A stretch of 64,000 bases of DNA from the NCBI GenBank assembly GCA_965661945.1, contig CBFIFP010000001.1:853592-917591 (forward strand), read 5' to 3'. Under the pieces are notes generated by a model. That model was not told where the DNA came from and searched no databases. It saw nothing but the letters and a program-made list of their open reading frames with translations. Positions 45,974-56,415 of this stretch are shown here, in pieces. Made by a program: the position numbers and the translations under genes. Numbering within the stretch: position 1 is the first letter of the stretch; each line of letters opens with the position of its first letter. Source of the DNA: Candidatus Kapaibacteriales bacterium (lineage in GTDB: Bacteria; Bacteroidota; Ignavibacteria; Kapaibacteriales; UBA2268).

Positions 45974-47844
45974 TTCAATTCATAGTTTAAGGTTAATAAA
46001 AAATTAATCCCTGGCATTGGGAAATTGTGAACTAAGTAATAATTTTTATTTAATAAGTTTTTTATTGAAAATATAAGTTTATAGTTATTTTCTAATAAAT
46101 TAATATTTTTATTAAAAATTATATCTATTAATAAAAATGGATCAATTACAGAATTTGCATCATTCCCTTGATTAAAATATCTAAAAGAATTATATGATAA
46201 TAATAAATTAGTGTTAATAATATTATTTTCATAATAAATATTAGAATTAATTATTTCATTAGGGATATACGGCAAATCGGTGTTTTTTAATATTGTATTT
46301 TCAACAAATATTGCTTTTTGATAAGTATAATTAAAATCAAATTTAATTTTATTATAATTAACATTTAACTTAGATTCTATTCCATAATTATTAACTTTTT
46401 CTAAATTCGAAGCACTCCATACTACAGGAGATAAAGGCATAGATAAAATATAATTATCAACTAAAGAATAATATGGATTAATACTAATTTCTATAAATTT
46501 AGTCATTTTAAATTTATTGTTGAAATTAATTGAATTTGATATTTCCGGTAATAAATCAGAATTGCCAAAATTCAAATAGTACATCTCGTTAAAACTAGGC
46601 GCTCTAAAATTTCTTGAGAGTGTGATTGCTGAGTTGTAATAATTCGAAACATAAGAAATAGAAAACATTGGCGAAAAATTATTGTTTGTATAATTTATCG
46701 CATCATATCTCATACAAATTAATAAATTTATTAATTTATTTTTTATTTTTATTTGTTTATTAATATTTCCCGCAACACCAAATAAATTTCCTAATATATT
46801 ATTTTCGTTAAGTAAATTATCTCCATTTAAATAAATTAAATCATTATCTATTCTAAAATTATAATTAATTGAGTTTGTTTTATATTTTAATTCACTAAAT
46901 AATTGAATGTTATTAGTGTAATAACTGTTATTTATACCATTAGAATTTATAATTTTATTTAAACTATCTTGATAATTTAATTCAGAATAATTATAAAATA
47001 TTCCATTATTTATTAGTATTTTATTGTTTTGATAATCTAAATTATAATAAATATAATGGTTATTATTAGTTAAATTTGCAGCATTATTTTCTAACTTATC
47101 TTGAATTACTGAACCAGGTACTCCTTGCTCTGTATAATTTAAAAAATATCTTATTTTTTGACTTATATTATTTTTGATAAATAATTTTGTAAAATTAATA
47201 TTAACATTATTTAATTGACTATTCTTTCTTTTTAATATTAAATCTTGATTGTTAATATTAACACTTATAGGATAATTAGCTTTATTATTTCTATAATCAA
47301 CTGATAATGATGTAGTTTTATTAATTGGATATGTAATACTTCCATTATAATTATTAAAAGAACCAAAATTAAATGTTATTGATTTTTTTTCTGGAATTGT
47401 TGAATTAAAAATAACATTTCCAAATAATGAATTACTACCATAAACACTCGAAGTTCCTATATTTTGTAATTCTATATTACTGATATTATTTGTATTAATT
47501 AAAGCGGTGTTAAAAACACCTGAACTTTTATCATTTATTTTAAAGCCATCATATATATATGCTATTTGGTTTGCTGTGGAGCCACGCAATGAAACCATTT
47601 TCATTCCGCCAGCACCTCCATAATCTCTAAGTGATATCCCACTTTTTTTACTTATTACATCTGATAAGTCAAGTGAATTTGTTTTGATTATTTCTGATTT
47701 ATTTATATAAGTTCTACTAAACATTATATTATTCACTTCTTGTTTACTATCAATTATTTCTAATGAATCAATTTGATAAAAAAGGGTGTCCTGCTGTTGA
47801 GACAACAGAACACCAATGAATATAAAAAAACTACTTAATAACAT
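45970..47844 (-). CDS. TonB-dependent receptor, BtuB-like in size (624 aa)
   Basis: Signal peptide. Plug-domain motifs (SLDLSDVISKKSGISLRDYGGAGGMKMVSLRGSTANQIAYIYDGFKIND). A long N/Y-rich beta-barrel. Terminal aromatic residues ...LNYELK. It is in an operon preceded by a cobalamin riboswitch. Confidence 0.65.
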   Translation of the reverse strand: MLLSSFFIFIGVLLSQQQDTLFYQIDSLEIIDSKQEVNNIMFSRTYINKSEIIKTNSLDLSDVISKKSGISLRDYGGAGGMKMVSLRGSTANQIAYIYDGFKINDKSSGVFNTALINTNNISNIELQNIGTSSVYGSNSLFGNVIFNSTIPEKKSITFNFGSFNNYNGSITYPINKTTSLSVDYRNNKANYPISVNINNQDLILKRKNSQLNNVNINFTKLFIKNNISQKIRYFLNYTEQGVPGSVIQDKLENNAANLTNNNHYIYYNLDYQNNKILINNGIFYNYSELNYQDSLNKIINSNGINNSYYTNNIQLFSELKYKTNSINYNFRIDNDLIYLNGDNLLNENNILGNLFGVAGNINKQIKIKNKLINLLICMRYDAINYTNNNFSPMFSISYVSNYYNSAITLSRNFRAPSFNEMYYLNFGNSDLLPEISNSINFNNKFKMTKFIEISINPYYSLVDNYILSMPLSPVVWSASNLEKVNNYGIESKLNVNYNKIKFDFNYTYQKAIFVENTILKNTDLPYIPNEIINSNIYYENNIINTNLLLSYNSFRYFNQGNDANSVIDPFLLIDIIFNKNINLLENNYKLIFSIKNLLNKNYYLVHNFPMPGINFLLTLNYELK

Positions 47845-50161
47845 TAAATTTAGCAGTTTTTATTTCTTTGTCAGTAGTTAGTTTTACAATGTAAGTTCCG
47901 TTTCCAAGGTTTAATCCCACAACATCAACTTTAGTAATTGCTCCATAAAAATCAGAATAATAAACTTTTTTTCCAGTAATATCATAAACTTCTATGTTAG
48001 TTTGAGCTGGCTCATTCTGACGAATATATACAAATTCAGTAGTTGGATTAGGATAAACTTGTAGCTGAATTTCCTCTTTAGAATTATTCTCTACACTTTT
48101 CATAAGTTGTCCAAGATATGCAACTTCTTTACTTGGTGAATAATCATCATTATTAATAACACAAGTCATTAAAAATTCTTCTTCCATATCTATAAACATA
48201 TCTTCTAATTTGCCCTTAACTTTAATTATCTCTAATAATCCATAATTATCAATTAATCTAATATCTCCTTGATATGTTGTAGTTAATACTTCAGCATCTC
48301 CGAAATATAAATTTCTTGGTCCATTCCATCCATTTGTTCCAGTCCAGAAAGTTAAAACTTCATCAGTATTAAAATCAATTACATTTAATTCATGTGAACC
48401 ATTCGACACAGTGTAAAGAACTTCATCGCTATAAATCATATCATTACCACCATCACCAATATTTAACTCTTTCAATTCTGGCATTTGCTGGTGAGGTAGA
48501 TTACCGTACATAATTGTAGAATTTCCTTGCCCAAAGAAACCTTCATTTAACATCGCAACACCTAATCCTCCAGTATGAGTAAAATATAATGTCTGAAGCA
48601 AATTATCTCCTGCAGGTATATTTTGTAGAATTGAAGAATTATCTCTATCAAAAACTTGAACTTGGTCTGCTTGATCAGAATTTCTAACTGAAAATAATAA
48701 GTGAGGACCTGCCAAGTCTATTGAAATAGCATTAACTTCCGCAACTGTTTCTTCAATTACCGAATGTTCATAAATATCATAAGATGCAATTCTATCTTTA
48801 TGAGGTATGTATAAAACACCTATTTCCTTATCATAAGCTAATCTTGTTGGAAATTTAATATCACCCATCCCAAATTCTAATACTTTTTCTGTTAAAGCAA
48901 TACTACCTGCTCCCTTTACAATCCACCATGATGGTAGTTCATCACCGTCATCAAATTCACCATTAAAATTAGCATCTACACCAAGACAGAATACATTATA
49001 CGTATCATTTTCTTCAGAGTAAACTATCTTAGATGGTTGACTTCCAACATTAACATATTTAAAAGTATAGTCATCATCAACTTTTCCTCTACCAACATAT
49101 ACTTTGTCATTTTCAAGCTCTTCTGTATCAAATAAGATAACATAATCTTGATTATTCCAAAAACTAAATTTATTAGAAAAATACTCAGAATATAAATCAG
49201 AAATAAAGTCAATAGCATCATTTTTATCTAAAGTTCTAATGTCATTATATTTAGTTAGAATAAATAAATTCTCACCTTTAGTAACCATTGATTGTGTTCC
49301 ATAAAAATCCCATTCCTCATTATATGCTAATCCGTTAGATAATTCTAAGATTGAACCATCAGGGCTTATTTTAGTAATTTCAGAACTACCAAAATATGAA
49401 ACATAAATCGCATTATTGAATTGAATGAACGACGAAACTTCTTCCTCTAAAGTCAAGGTTTCTAATTCAGGCATTTGTTGGTGAGGTAAAATACCATATT
49501 GTATTTGGTAATTAGGAACCATAAAAGATGGCTCAGATAAAAATCCAACTGCAAGTTCACCATCTTCGGTTTGATAATATATCACATCAATAGCATTAGG
49601 AAGCAAAGGTATTTCTTGCAATATCATTGACATATTAATATCAAATACAACTAATTTGCAATTTTCATAATCACCTGTATCATCATTCATCTCACCTTTG
49701 TCAATAATCAACAAATGAGGTCCTGCACTTCTAACTGCCTCAATGTTTCCTTCATATATAGCATCTTCTATTAAATTAGTTGTTTGTAAATCATAAGAAC
49801 TAATTTTATTTTTAAAAGGAATATATATTATTCTATTTTGAAAATCTATAGCTGGTTTAAAATCTTGGTTTATTGAGCTGAATTCAAATTGTTTCATATT
49901 ATTAGAAATAAATCTACCACCAGATCTGCCAATAGTCCACCAAGTAGGATATGAATCTCCTTGTTGAGATTGGTAAATACCATCATTATTAGCATCATAA
50001 CCAGCGCAAAAGACATTAGTATTGGTTCCCCAATGAAATGAATATACTGGTTGCATCCCAACAGACAATTCATCAAAATCGTTATAATCATAATATTGAG
50101 AATGCAAATTTGTTTGGCTTAAAATAGATAAAGCCAACAAAAGTAAAATTAATTTACTCAT
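47831..50161 (-). CDS. T9SS-CTD surface protein with two internal ~330-aa repeats (776 aa); the first gene downstream of the cobalamin riboswitch
   Basis: Signal peptide MSKLILLLLALSILSQTNLHSQ. Duplicated blocks (...DANNDGIYQSQQGDSYPTWWTIGRSGG... / ...DANFNGEFDDGDELPSWWIVKGAGS... and LPHQQMPELETLTL / LPHQQMPELKELNI). C-terminus ...GTYIVKLTTDKEIKTAKFNVIK (T9SS CTD). Confidence 0.6.
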   Translation of the reverse strand: MSKLILLLLALSILSQTNLHSQYYDYNDFDELSVGMQPVYSFHWGTNTNVFCAGYDANNDGIYQSQQGDSYPTWWTIGRSGGRFISNNMKQFEFSSINQDFKPAIDFQNRIIYIPFKNKISSYDLQTTNLIEDAIYEGNIEAVRSAGPHLLIIDKGEMNDDTGDYENCKLVVFDINMSMILQEIPLLPNAIDVIYYQTEDGELAVGFLSEPSFMVPNYQIQYGILPHQQMPELETLTLEEEVSSFIQFNNAIYVSYFGSSEITKISPDGSILELSNGLAYNEEWDFYGTQSMVTKGENLFILTKYNDIRTLDKNDAIDFISDLYSEYFSNKFSFWNNQDYVILFDTEELENDKVYVGRGKVDDDYTFKYVNVGSQPSKIVYSEENDTYNVFCLGVDANFNGEFDDGDELPSWWIVKGAGSIALTEKVLEFGMGDIKFPTRLAYDKEIGVLYIPHKDRIASYDIYEHSVIEETVAEVNAISIDLAGPHLLFSVRNSDQADQVQVFDRDNSSILQNIPAGDNLLQTLYFTHTGGLGVAMLNEGFFGQGNSTIMYGNLPHQQMPELKELNIGDGGNDMIYSDEVLYTVSNGSHELNVIDFNTDEVLTFWTGTNGWNGPRNLYFGDAEVLTTTYQGDIRLIDNYGLLEIIKVKGKLEDMFIDMEEEFLMTCVINNDDYSPSKEVAYLGQLMKSVENNSKEEIQLQVYPNPTTEFVYIRQNEPAQTNIEVYDITGKKVYYSDFYGAITKVDVVGLNLGNGTYIVKLTTDKEIKTAKFNVIK

Positions 50162-50162
50162 A

Positions 50163-50402
50163 ATAATACCTTTAATAAATTTAAAAAATAGAGGGTTTAA
50201 TAATTTGGAATGCCCTCATTGTTTCTGTTATCCGCAGAATACAAAATGAGAAATTAATAGAGGTCTTCTGACTTAAACTTCATCCTTTCGCTAAACCTTC
50301 CCAGATTTACTCCAGTGGTTGCTCACATTAGAGCTTTTAGCAATCGTCAGTTATTACAGCGGCGGAACCGTGTGGGAATTTCACCCAGCTTCCGGAGATA
50401 TT
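50163..50402 (-). ncRNA. Cobalamin (AdoCbl) riboswitch with a terminator-type expression platform
   Basis: Minus strand ...GCUGGGUGAAAUUCCCACACGGUUCCGCCGCUGUAAUAACUGACG...GUGAGCAACCACUGGAGUAAAUCUGGGAAGGUUUAGCGAAAGGAUGAAGUUUAAGUCAGAAGACCUCUAUUAAUU... It contains GGUGnnAAnUCC, CCGCCGCUGUAA (GCCACUG-like), GGGAAGG and a B12-box-like AGUCAGAAGACCUC. It is followed by the hairpin GAGGGcauuccaaauuauuaaaCCCUC + UAUUUUUU just 5' of the start codon at 50161. Confidence 0.75.
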
Positions 50403-50423
50403 TTTATCTCCAAATCTATTAAT

Positions 50424-50744
50424 TTATTCATCTTTTGATTGAATAACGTAAATGATTTCATTTTCTTTTACGTATCCATATTTTTCACGAGCAGTTCTTT
50501 CTATCTCTGTTGAATCATTTAAAAGATTATACTTTTTACGTTTTAAATCTTCTATTTCAGTAAGTCGGTTTTGTATTCGATTTTCAATTTTATTTTTGTC
50601 ATAAATCATTGTAAATCTTTTAATCATTCCGAAATCTGAAAAAACAATAAAGAATAAAATTAAAATAAATAAAGATGTCCCAATTACTAAATGGCGTTTT
50701 TTGGAACTTTGAGTTAATTTTTCAATTATTTTGTCTTTATTCAT
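50424..50744 (-). CDS. FtsB/DivIC-like septum formation initiator (106 aa)
   Basis: Single N-terminal TM (VIGTSLFILILFFIVF) followed by coiled-coil heptads (IENRIQNRLTEIEDLKRKKYNL) and the typical size. Confidence 0.5.
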   Translation of the reverse strand: MNKDKIIEKLTQSSKKRHLVIGTSLFILILFFIVFSDFGMIKRFTMIYDKNKIENRIQNRLTEIEDLKRKKYNLLNDSTEIERTAREKYGYVKENEIIYVIQSKDE

Positions 50745-50770
50745 TTTTAAAATTTGATAGAACTAAAATA

Positions 50771-52138
50771 CTAAACTAATAAAAAATCTTCTTTTTTTGC
50801 AAATTTGTTCAAAAATTCTACAAAAGAATCCATTTCATCTTTGTTTCTTTTTTCTGTAACAGCAATTAAAAGTCCGTGCATTTCCTTATCAGCAGTTAAC
50901 TTAGTATTTATCCCAGCTAAGAAACCATTTTTAACCGCCTCATCAATTATTATTTGTGGGTCCACTGGTGTTTTAACGCAAAATTCATATAAAAATGGAT
51001 TACCAGAAGCAAGAGAATAACCTTCTATTTTACAAATTTCATTTTGTAAGTAATGCGCATTTTGATAAGAATTGAAAGCAACTTCTTTAAGTCCTTCTCT
51101 TCCCATCGTTTCCATATAAACAGTTGCTGCAAGCATGAACAAACCTTGATTAGTACAAATATTTGATGTTGCTTTTTCGCGCTTAATTTGTTGCTCTCTT
51201 GTTTGAAGAGTTAAAACAAAACCTTTTTTACCATCCTGGTCAACTGTCATACCAGCAATTCTTCCAGGTAGTTTTCTAATGTACTTTTCTTTACACGCAA
51301 AAATACCCAAATATGGTCCGCCATAGCTTAAAGGAATTCCTAAACCTTGACCTTCCCCAACAACAACATCAGCATTATAATTTCCAGGGGGGTCAATAAT
51401 AGCAAGAGAAGTAATATCCGCAACTACAATAAATAAAGTTTTATCGATTGAATGTGTTATTTTTTCAACTTCATAAACCTCTTCTAAGTTTCCGTAGAAG
51501 TTTGGTTGTTGAATAACAACTGCAGCAGTGTTGTCGCTTACTACTTTTGATAATTTATCTAAATCTACCAAACCTTCTTCGTTTTTAACAGATTTAAAAG
51601 TTAAACCTTTACCATAACAGATAGTTTTTACAACCTCAATATAATTTGGATGTATTGTTCCAGCAAATACAATTTCAGTTTTCTTATTTTCAGCATTTGC
51701 CATCAAGCATGCTTCAGCGAGAGAAGAAGCGCCATCATACAAAGAGGCATTTGCAATTTCCATTTTAGTAAGTTCGCAAATCATAGATTGAAATTCATAC
51801 ATTGATTGAAGAGTACCTTGAGAGACCTCAGCTTGGTATGGAGTGTAAGCAGTTCTAAACTCTGGTCTATCCATTGTTGCAGGAACAATTGCAGGGATAA
51901 ACCTATCATAAGCCCCTCCTCCCATAAAGCAAATATGAGAGTCAGTAGAAATATTTTTTGATGCGTATTTTTTTAATAACTTTTCAACTTCATACTCTGA
52001 TAACTGAGGCAACAAGTCAAGTTCACCGTTGAATTTTACTGATTTTGGAATACAACCTACTAACTCGTCAAAATTATTAACACCTATTGTTTCAAGCATT
52101 TGCTTTCTATCTTCATCTGAATTCGGTATGAATGGCAT
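50771..52138 (-). CDS. gcvPA: Glycine dehydrogenase (aminomethyl-transferring) subunit 1 (glycine cleavage system P protein, N-terminal subunit)
   Basis: MPFIPNSDEDRKQMLETIGV...LPQLSEYEVEKLLKKYASKN N-terminus and the PLP-fold body are typical of GcvPA; 455 aa. Confidence 0.85.
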   Translation of the reverse strand: MPFIPNSDEDRKQMLETIGVNNFDELVGCIPKSVKFNGELDLLPQLSEYEVEKLLKKYASKNISTDSHICFMGGGAYDRFIPAIVPATMDRPEFRTAYTPYQAEVSQGTLQSMYEFQSMICELTKMEIANASLYDGASSLAEACLMANAENKKTEIVFAGTIHPNYIEVVKTICYGKGLTFKSVKNEEGLVDLDKLSKVVSDNTAAVVIQQPNFYGNLEEVYEVEKITHSIDKTLFIVVADITSLAIIDPPGNYNADVVVGEGQGLGIPLSYGGPYLGIFACKEKYIRKLPGRIAGMTVDQDGKKGFVLTLQTREQQIKREKATSNICTNQGLFMLAATVYMETMGREGLKEVAFNSYQNAHYLQNEICKIEGYSLASGNPFLYEFCVKTPVDPQIIIDEAVKNGFLAGINTKLTADKEMHGLLIAVTEKRNKDEMDSFVEFLNKFAKKEDFLLV

Positions 52139-52279
52139 TTATTTCTCCAAATTGAATTATTTTAATTTACAAAATTATTAATGTATAGACTATTAACCAA
52201 AACAAATCTTTTATTTTGTTAAAAAAATTAATTTCTTTAAATTGAGAAAATATTTTATCATAAAAGTAAAAATTCTTTA

Positions 52280-53761
52280 ATGATTAAGCTTAAAATACCT
52301 TTACATATACAGATAATTATTGGATTAGTTTTAGGGACTCTTTTTGGGGTGCTTTTTTCAGTAGATAAAAACAAAATAGAAATTATCTATCAAAAAAACA
52401 ATAAAAATATAAGCCACAAAATTGAAAACTGGGATGAAATTTATTTTATAAAAAATGGTGAAGAACAAGTTAAGTTTTCAAATTCCGATCAAATAGCAAT
52501 TATAAAATACTTTAAAAAACACAAGAATGATAATCTTACTTTAAATAAAATTAAAAGAGATAAGTTTGAGGTTTATGAAAACATTAGAGAAATAAACAAA
52601 ATATCTACTATTGCTACACAAATAAAACCAATAGGTGATTTGTTTATTCGGCTTTTAAGTTTTTTAGCTATACCTCTTGTTGTAGCATCTTTAATTGTTG
52701 GTGCGTCTTCTTTGGGAGATATTAAAAAACTTGGAAGAATTGGATCTAAAACCTTTGGTTTATATATCCTTACAACTGCAATTGCAATAACTATTGGTTT
52801 AACAACAGCTAATATAATCAAGCCAGGACATAGAGTTGAACAAGAAACTAAAAATAGATTATTAAGTACATTTGAAGATGAAAGCGCAGAGAAAGCTGTT
52901 CAAACACTAGACATAGATATAATTGACTTTTTTTTAAATATTGTACCAAAAAATCCAATTGACGCTCTTGCCTCAGGTAATATGTTACAAATTGTTTTCT
53001 TAGCAGTAATTTTTGGAATTACATTAACTTATCTTGACAAAAAACACAACGAACCAGTAATCATATTTTTTGAAGGTGTAAGCCAGACAATGATAAAAAT
53101 GGTGGATATTTTTATGAAAATAGCCCCAATTGGAGTGTTTGCGCTAATAGCCGCCACAATAGCTGATTTTGGCTTTGAGATACTTGAAACTCTAATTTGG
53201 TATTGTTTTGCTGTAGTGTTAGCCCTTGCGATACAAACAATATTTATTTATGGTTCAATAGTAAAGATTTTTAGTAATCTATCATTAAAGCAATTTTATT
53301 TTGGACTAAGAAATGCCCACGCTATAGCTTTTTCAACAAGTTCAAGTGCTGCCACTTTACCTTTAACATTTGACTGCGTTGAAAACAACTTAGGTGTAAA
53401 AAAACAAATAAGTGGATTTGTTTTACCTCTTGGTGCTACAATAAATATGGATGGTACTGCTCTTTATCAGGGAGTAGCAGCAATATTTATTGCACAAGTT
53501 TATGGTTTAGATTTATCCTTAACAGAACAATTAACTGTAATTTTCACAGCGGTTCTAGCATCTATAGGAACAGCTCCGGTTCCTGGTGTTGGTATTATTA
53601 TGTTAGTATTAATTTTAAATGCAGTACATATTCCAGCACAAGGAATTGCTTTAATATTAGGAGTTGATAGAATTCTTGATATGTTAAGAACAATAACTAA
53701 TGTTACTGGAGATGCTGCTGTTGCTGTAGCAATTAATGGTATAGAGAGTAAAAATGCTTAG
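52280..53761 (+). CDS. Dicarboxylate/amino acid:cation symporter (DAACS/GltP family) with an N-terminal insertion
   Basis: ...SSSAATLPLTFDCVENNLGV... (HP2-like), ...LPLGATINMDGTALYQGVAAIFIAQ..., ...GTAPVPGVGIIML... are signatures of the family. Confidence 0.75.
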   Translation: MIKLKIPLHIQIIIGLVLGTLFGVLFSVDKNKIEIIYQKNNKNISHKIENWDEIYFIKNGEEQVKFSNSDQIAIIKYFKKHKNDNLTLNKIKRDKFEVYENIREINKISTIATQIKPIGDLFIRLLSFLAIPLVVASLIVGASSLGDIKKLGRIGSKTFGLYILTTAIAITIGLTTANIIKPGHRVEQETKNRLLSTFEDESAEKAVQTLDIDIIDFFLNIVPKNPIDALASGNMLQIVFLAVIFGITLTYLDKKHNEPVIIFFEGVSQTMIKMVDIFMKIAPIGVFALIAATIADFGFEILETLIWYCFAVVLALAIQTIFIYGSIVKIFSNLSLKQFYFGLRNAHAIAFSTSSSAATLPLTFDCVENNLGVKKQISGFVLPLGATINMDGTALYQGVAAIFIAQVYGLDLSLTEQLTVIFTAVLASIGTAPVPGVGIIMLVLILNAVHIPAQGIALILGVDRILDMLRTITNVTGDAAVAVAINGIESKNA

Positions 53762-55766
53762 AATTTTTATAATATTTCTTGTTTTAAATTCTTTATCTTT
53801 TTCAAGAACATATTTATCAGAAATAGATTCATTGAAAAAAATCATAAAGACTGCTGATCCTACAAAAATGGATTATCATAATGCTAATTTAGAATTATTT
53901 AGACGTTATAGATTTAATAATAGAGATTCAGCAAAATATTTTATAGACAATGGTTTTAAAGTTTCTAAGAAATATAATTTTGAGGGAGCGTTAAAAGATT
54001 ATCATAATGTTCAAGGGCTATATTATTTTGACGAAGGAAATTTTTCTGATGCTTTAGAACAATTTTACAAATGTATGCAAATCTCAGTTAATTTAAAGGA
54101 ATATGGAGCAGTAGGATATTCATATAATGATATTGGCTATGTCTTTTATGTTCAGGGATTATGGGACTTAGCATTACAGCACTATAGGGAAGGATTAGAG
54201 GGAATGAAAATTCAAGATTCTTCAAAATTATCACCTATTCCATATTTATTTCAAAATATTGGATTAAGCTATGGACATCTGGGACAAATAGACAGTTCTA
54301 AAAAATATTTTGATTTAACTATTAAATTTGCTGAAAGAAATAATGATAGTGTTAGAATTAATCATACTCTAATGTACTTAGCTAATATTTACTCAAGGCA
54401 TAATATTAATAGAATTAAAGCAGATTCTTTATATAGAGAAGTTTTGAATTACTTTTCAAGAGATAAAAGTTGGATAGAAGGTTACCCTTATACTTTATAT
54501 TATATGGCGATAAATTTTCAAGAAATGGATCAGCTAGATTCAGCTGAAAAATACTTTATGCTTGCTAATAATGAACTTTTTGATTTAGGATGGGAAAAGA
54601 AAACAATTGATATTAACTATGCCTTGGCAATTTTATTTTTAAAAAATAATAAATTTCAAAAATCAGAATACTATATTAATTTAAATGATTCTTTAATTAA
54701 CAAATTTGATTCCCACGATTTAAAAGCTGATCAGTATTATTATAAATATTTATTTTTTGAAAAAAAGAATGTAATTGATTCTGCTTTCTATTACTTAAAA
54801 GAATATAGTGATTCAAAGGATAGTATGTTATATTCTAGTGTAACAGGTAAAGTATCTACACTATCAAAGAATATGCAAATCTTGAAAAACAAACAAGAAA
54901 AGCAAATTATGATGGAAAAGAATGTTCAAAGAATTTATCTTTTATTGTTTATTATAATTATGACAGTATTTTTAATTATTCTTTTTTATTCAAGATTAAG
55001 AATTCAAAAGAAAAACATTGTTATTATTAACGAAAAAAATGAAGCTTTAGAAAAAGCAAATCTACTTTTAGATGATGCAAATAAAACAAAGGATAAATTC
55101 TTTTCAATTATTGCTCATGATTTAAAAAATCCAATTGGAGCAATTAAGTCAACAAGTGAGATTTTAAATAATGAGTATGATTTATTTGAATCTACTGATA
55201 TTAAAGAAAGTATTGAAGATATTTATAAATCATCTGTTTCTGTACTTAATTTACTTGAAAGTTTACTCTCTTGGTCTAGGTCTCAAAGAGGAATTATTGA
55301 CTTTACTCCCGAAAATTTTCATTTAATTTTATTGATTAATAATATTTTCCAACTTTTTAAAAATTCAGTTGTTAATAAAAATATAAAATTAACTAAAAAT
55401 ATTGATGAAGACTTTTTGATATATGCAGATTCTAATATGCTAAACACAATCATTAGAAATTTAGTCTCAAATTCAATAAAATTTACTCCTGAAAATGGAG
55501 AAATTAATATAACTGCAATAAAAGAAGAAAATAATTCTATTATCATTATTTCTGATACAGGTGTTGGAATTAGTAAAGAGAATCAAGAAAAATTATTTAA
55601 TTTTGGTACTAATATTACTACACCAGGTACTAATAATGAGAAAGGAACGGGATTAGGATTAATATTAGTTTACGAGTTTGTACAAAAGCACGATGGTAAA
55701 ATCGAGATTGAGAGCGAAGTTGGAAAAGGAACTAAATTTATTATTACATTACCAAATGAACAATAA
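53754..55766 (+). CDS. TPR-repeat sensor histidine kinase (extracytoplasmic TPR region, one TM, HisKA + HATPase_c)
   Basis: H-box FFSIIAHDLKNPIGAI. N-box/G-boxes ...NLVSNSIKFTPENGEINI... ISDTGVGIS... GTGLGLILVYEFVQKHDGKIEIESEVGKGTKFIITLP. TM IYLLLFIIIMTVFLIILFY. TPR-like repeats in the N-terminal ~350 aa. Confidence 0.8.
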   Translation: MLRIFIIFLVLNSLSFSRTYLSEIDSLKKIIKTADPTKMDYHNANLELFRRYRFNNRDSAKYFIDNGFKVSKKYNFEGALKDYHNVQGLYYFDEGNFSDALEQFYKCMQISVNLKEYGAVGYSYNDIGYVFYVQGLWDLALQHYREGLEGMKIQDSSKLSPIPYLFQNIGLSYGHLGQIDSSKKYFDLTIKFAERNNDSVRINHTLMYLANIYSRHNINRIKADSLYREVLNYFSRDKSWIEGYPYTLYYMAINFQEMDQLDSAEKYFMLANNELFDLGWEKKTIDINYALAILFLKNNKFQKSEYYINLNDSLINKFDSHDLKADQYYYKYLFFEKKNVIDSAFYYLKEYSDSKDSMLYSSVTGKVSTLSKNMQILKNKQEKQIMMEKNVQRIYLLLFIIIMTVFLIILFYSRLRIQKKNIVIINEKNEALEKANLLLDDANKTKDKFFSIIAHDLKNPIGAIKSTSEILNNEYDLFESTDIKESIEDIYKSSVSVLNLLESLLSWSRSQRGIIDFTPENFHLILLINNIFQLFKNSVVNKNIKLTKNIDEDFLIYADSNMLNTIIRNLVSNSIKFTPENGEINITAIKEENNSIIIISDTGVGISKENQEKLFNFGTNITTPGTNNEKGTGLGLILVYEFVQKHDGKIEIESEVGKGTKFIITLPNEQ

Positions 55767-56415
55767 ACAAATACCATATCAACAGGAGTTACTAAGGAAA
55801 ACAATTCATCTTTGTTCTCTTTCGCTTCCACTTTTGTACTATTTTACAGATTTAGTTATTACTTTATATTTTATTGTTCCTTTACTTGTAATAGTTTTAG
55901 CTCTTGACCTTCTTTCAAAAAAAGGGAGAATTTTACACGATTTTGTGTTTAAATATTTTGGCTCTATGCTCAGGGAACATGAAAAACAAGATGGCTTTGT
56001 GCTGAATGGTGCCTCTTGGGTATTGATTTCAGCTGTTTTGATATTTACTATTTTCCCAAAAACACTTTCTGTTGTTTCGTTTACAATTCTTATAATCTCA
56101 GATTTATCAGCTGCTTTAATTGGCAGACGTTTTGGAAAGAATCCTCTTTTTGATAAATCATGGGAAGGAACTTTTGCTTTTTTTATAAGTTCATCAATAA
56201 TTGTAACTTTATTTTGGCGTTTTTTATTAGATTTTAACTATTATTTTTTAATATTTGGAGTTTTTGCCTCGGCTGCAACTGCTTTTGCAGAAGCCGCCTC
56301 CAAAGTTTTAAAAATTGATGATAATATTTCAATACCTACTTCTTTTTGTATAGTTATGTGGGCATTACATCCTATTGCCGTAAATAATGGTTTTCCTTTT
56401 ATTAATCAAATTTGA
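55756..56415 (+). CDS. Polytopic membrane protein, CTP-dependent lipid kinase / phosphatidate cytidylyltransferase-like (dolichol/phytol kinase family) - tentative
   Basis: The likely start is MNNKQ just before the HK stop, in the same frame as ORF 55678. About 6 TM helices, with a conserved-looking SDLSAALIGRRFGK motif resembling CTP-transferase family 1 proteins. Confidence 0.4.
   Translation: MNNKQIPYQQELLRKTIHLCSLSLPLLYYFTDLVITLYFIVPLLVIVLALDLLSKKGRILHDFVFKYFGSMLREHEKQDGFVLNGASWVLISAVLIFTIFPKTLSVVSFTILIISDLSAALIGRRFGKNPLFDKSWEGTFAFFISSSIIVTLFWRFLLDFNYYFLIFGVFASAATAFAEAASKVLKIDDNISIPTSFCIVMWALHPIAVNNGFPFINQI

Noticed and set aside
50805-51020. 71-aa plus-strand ORF inside gcvPA
   Set aside because: It is antisense to a highly conserved enzyme gene.
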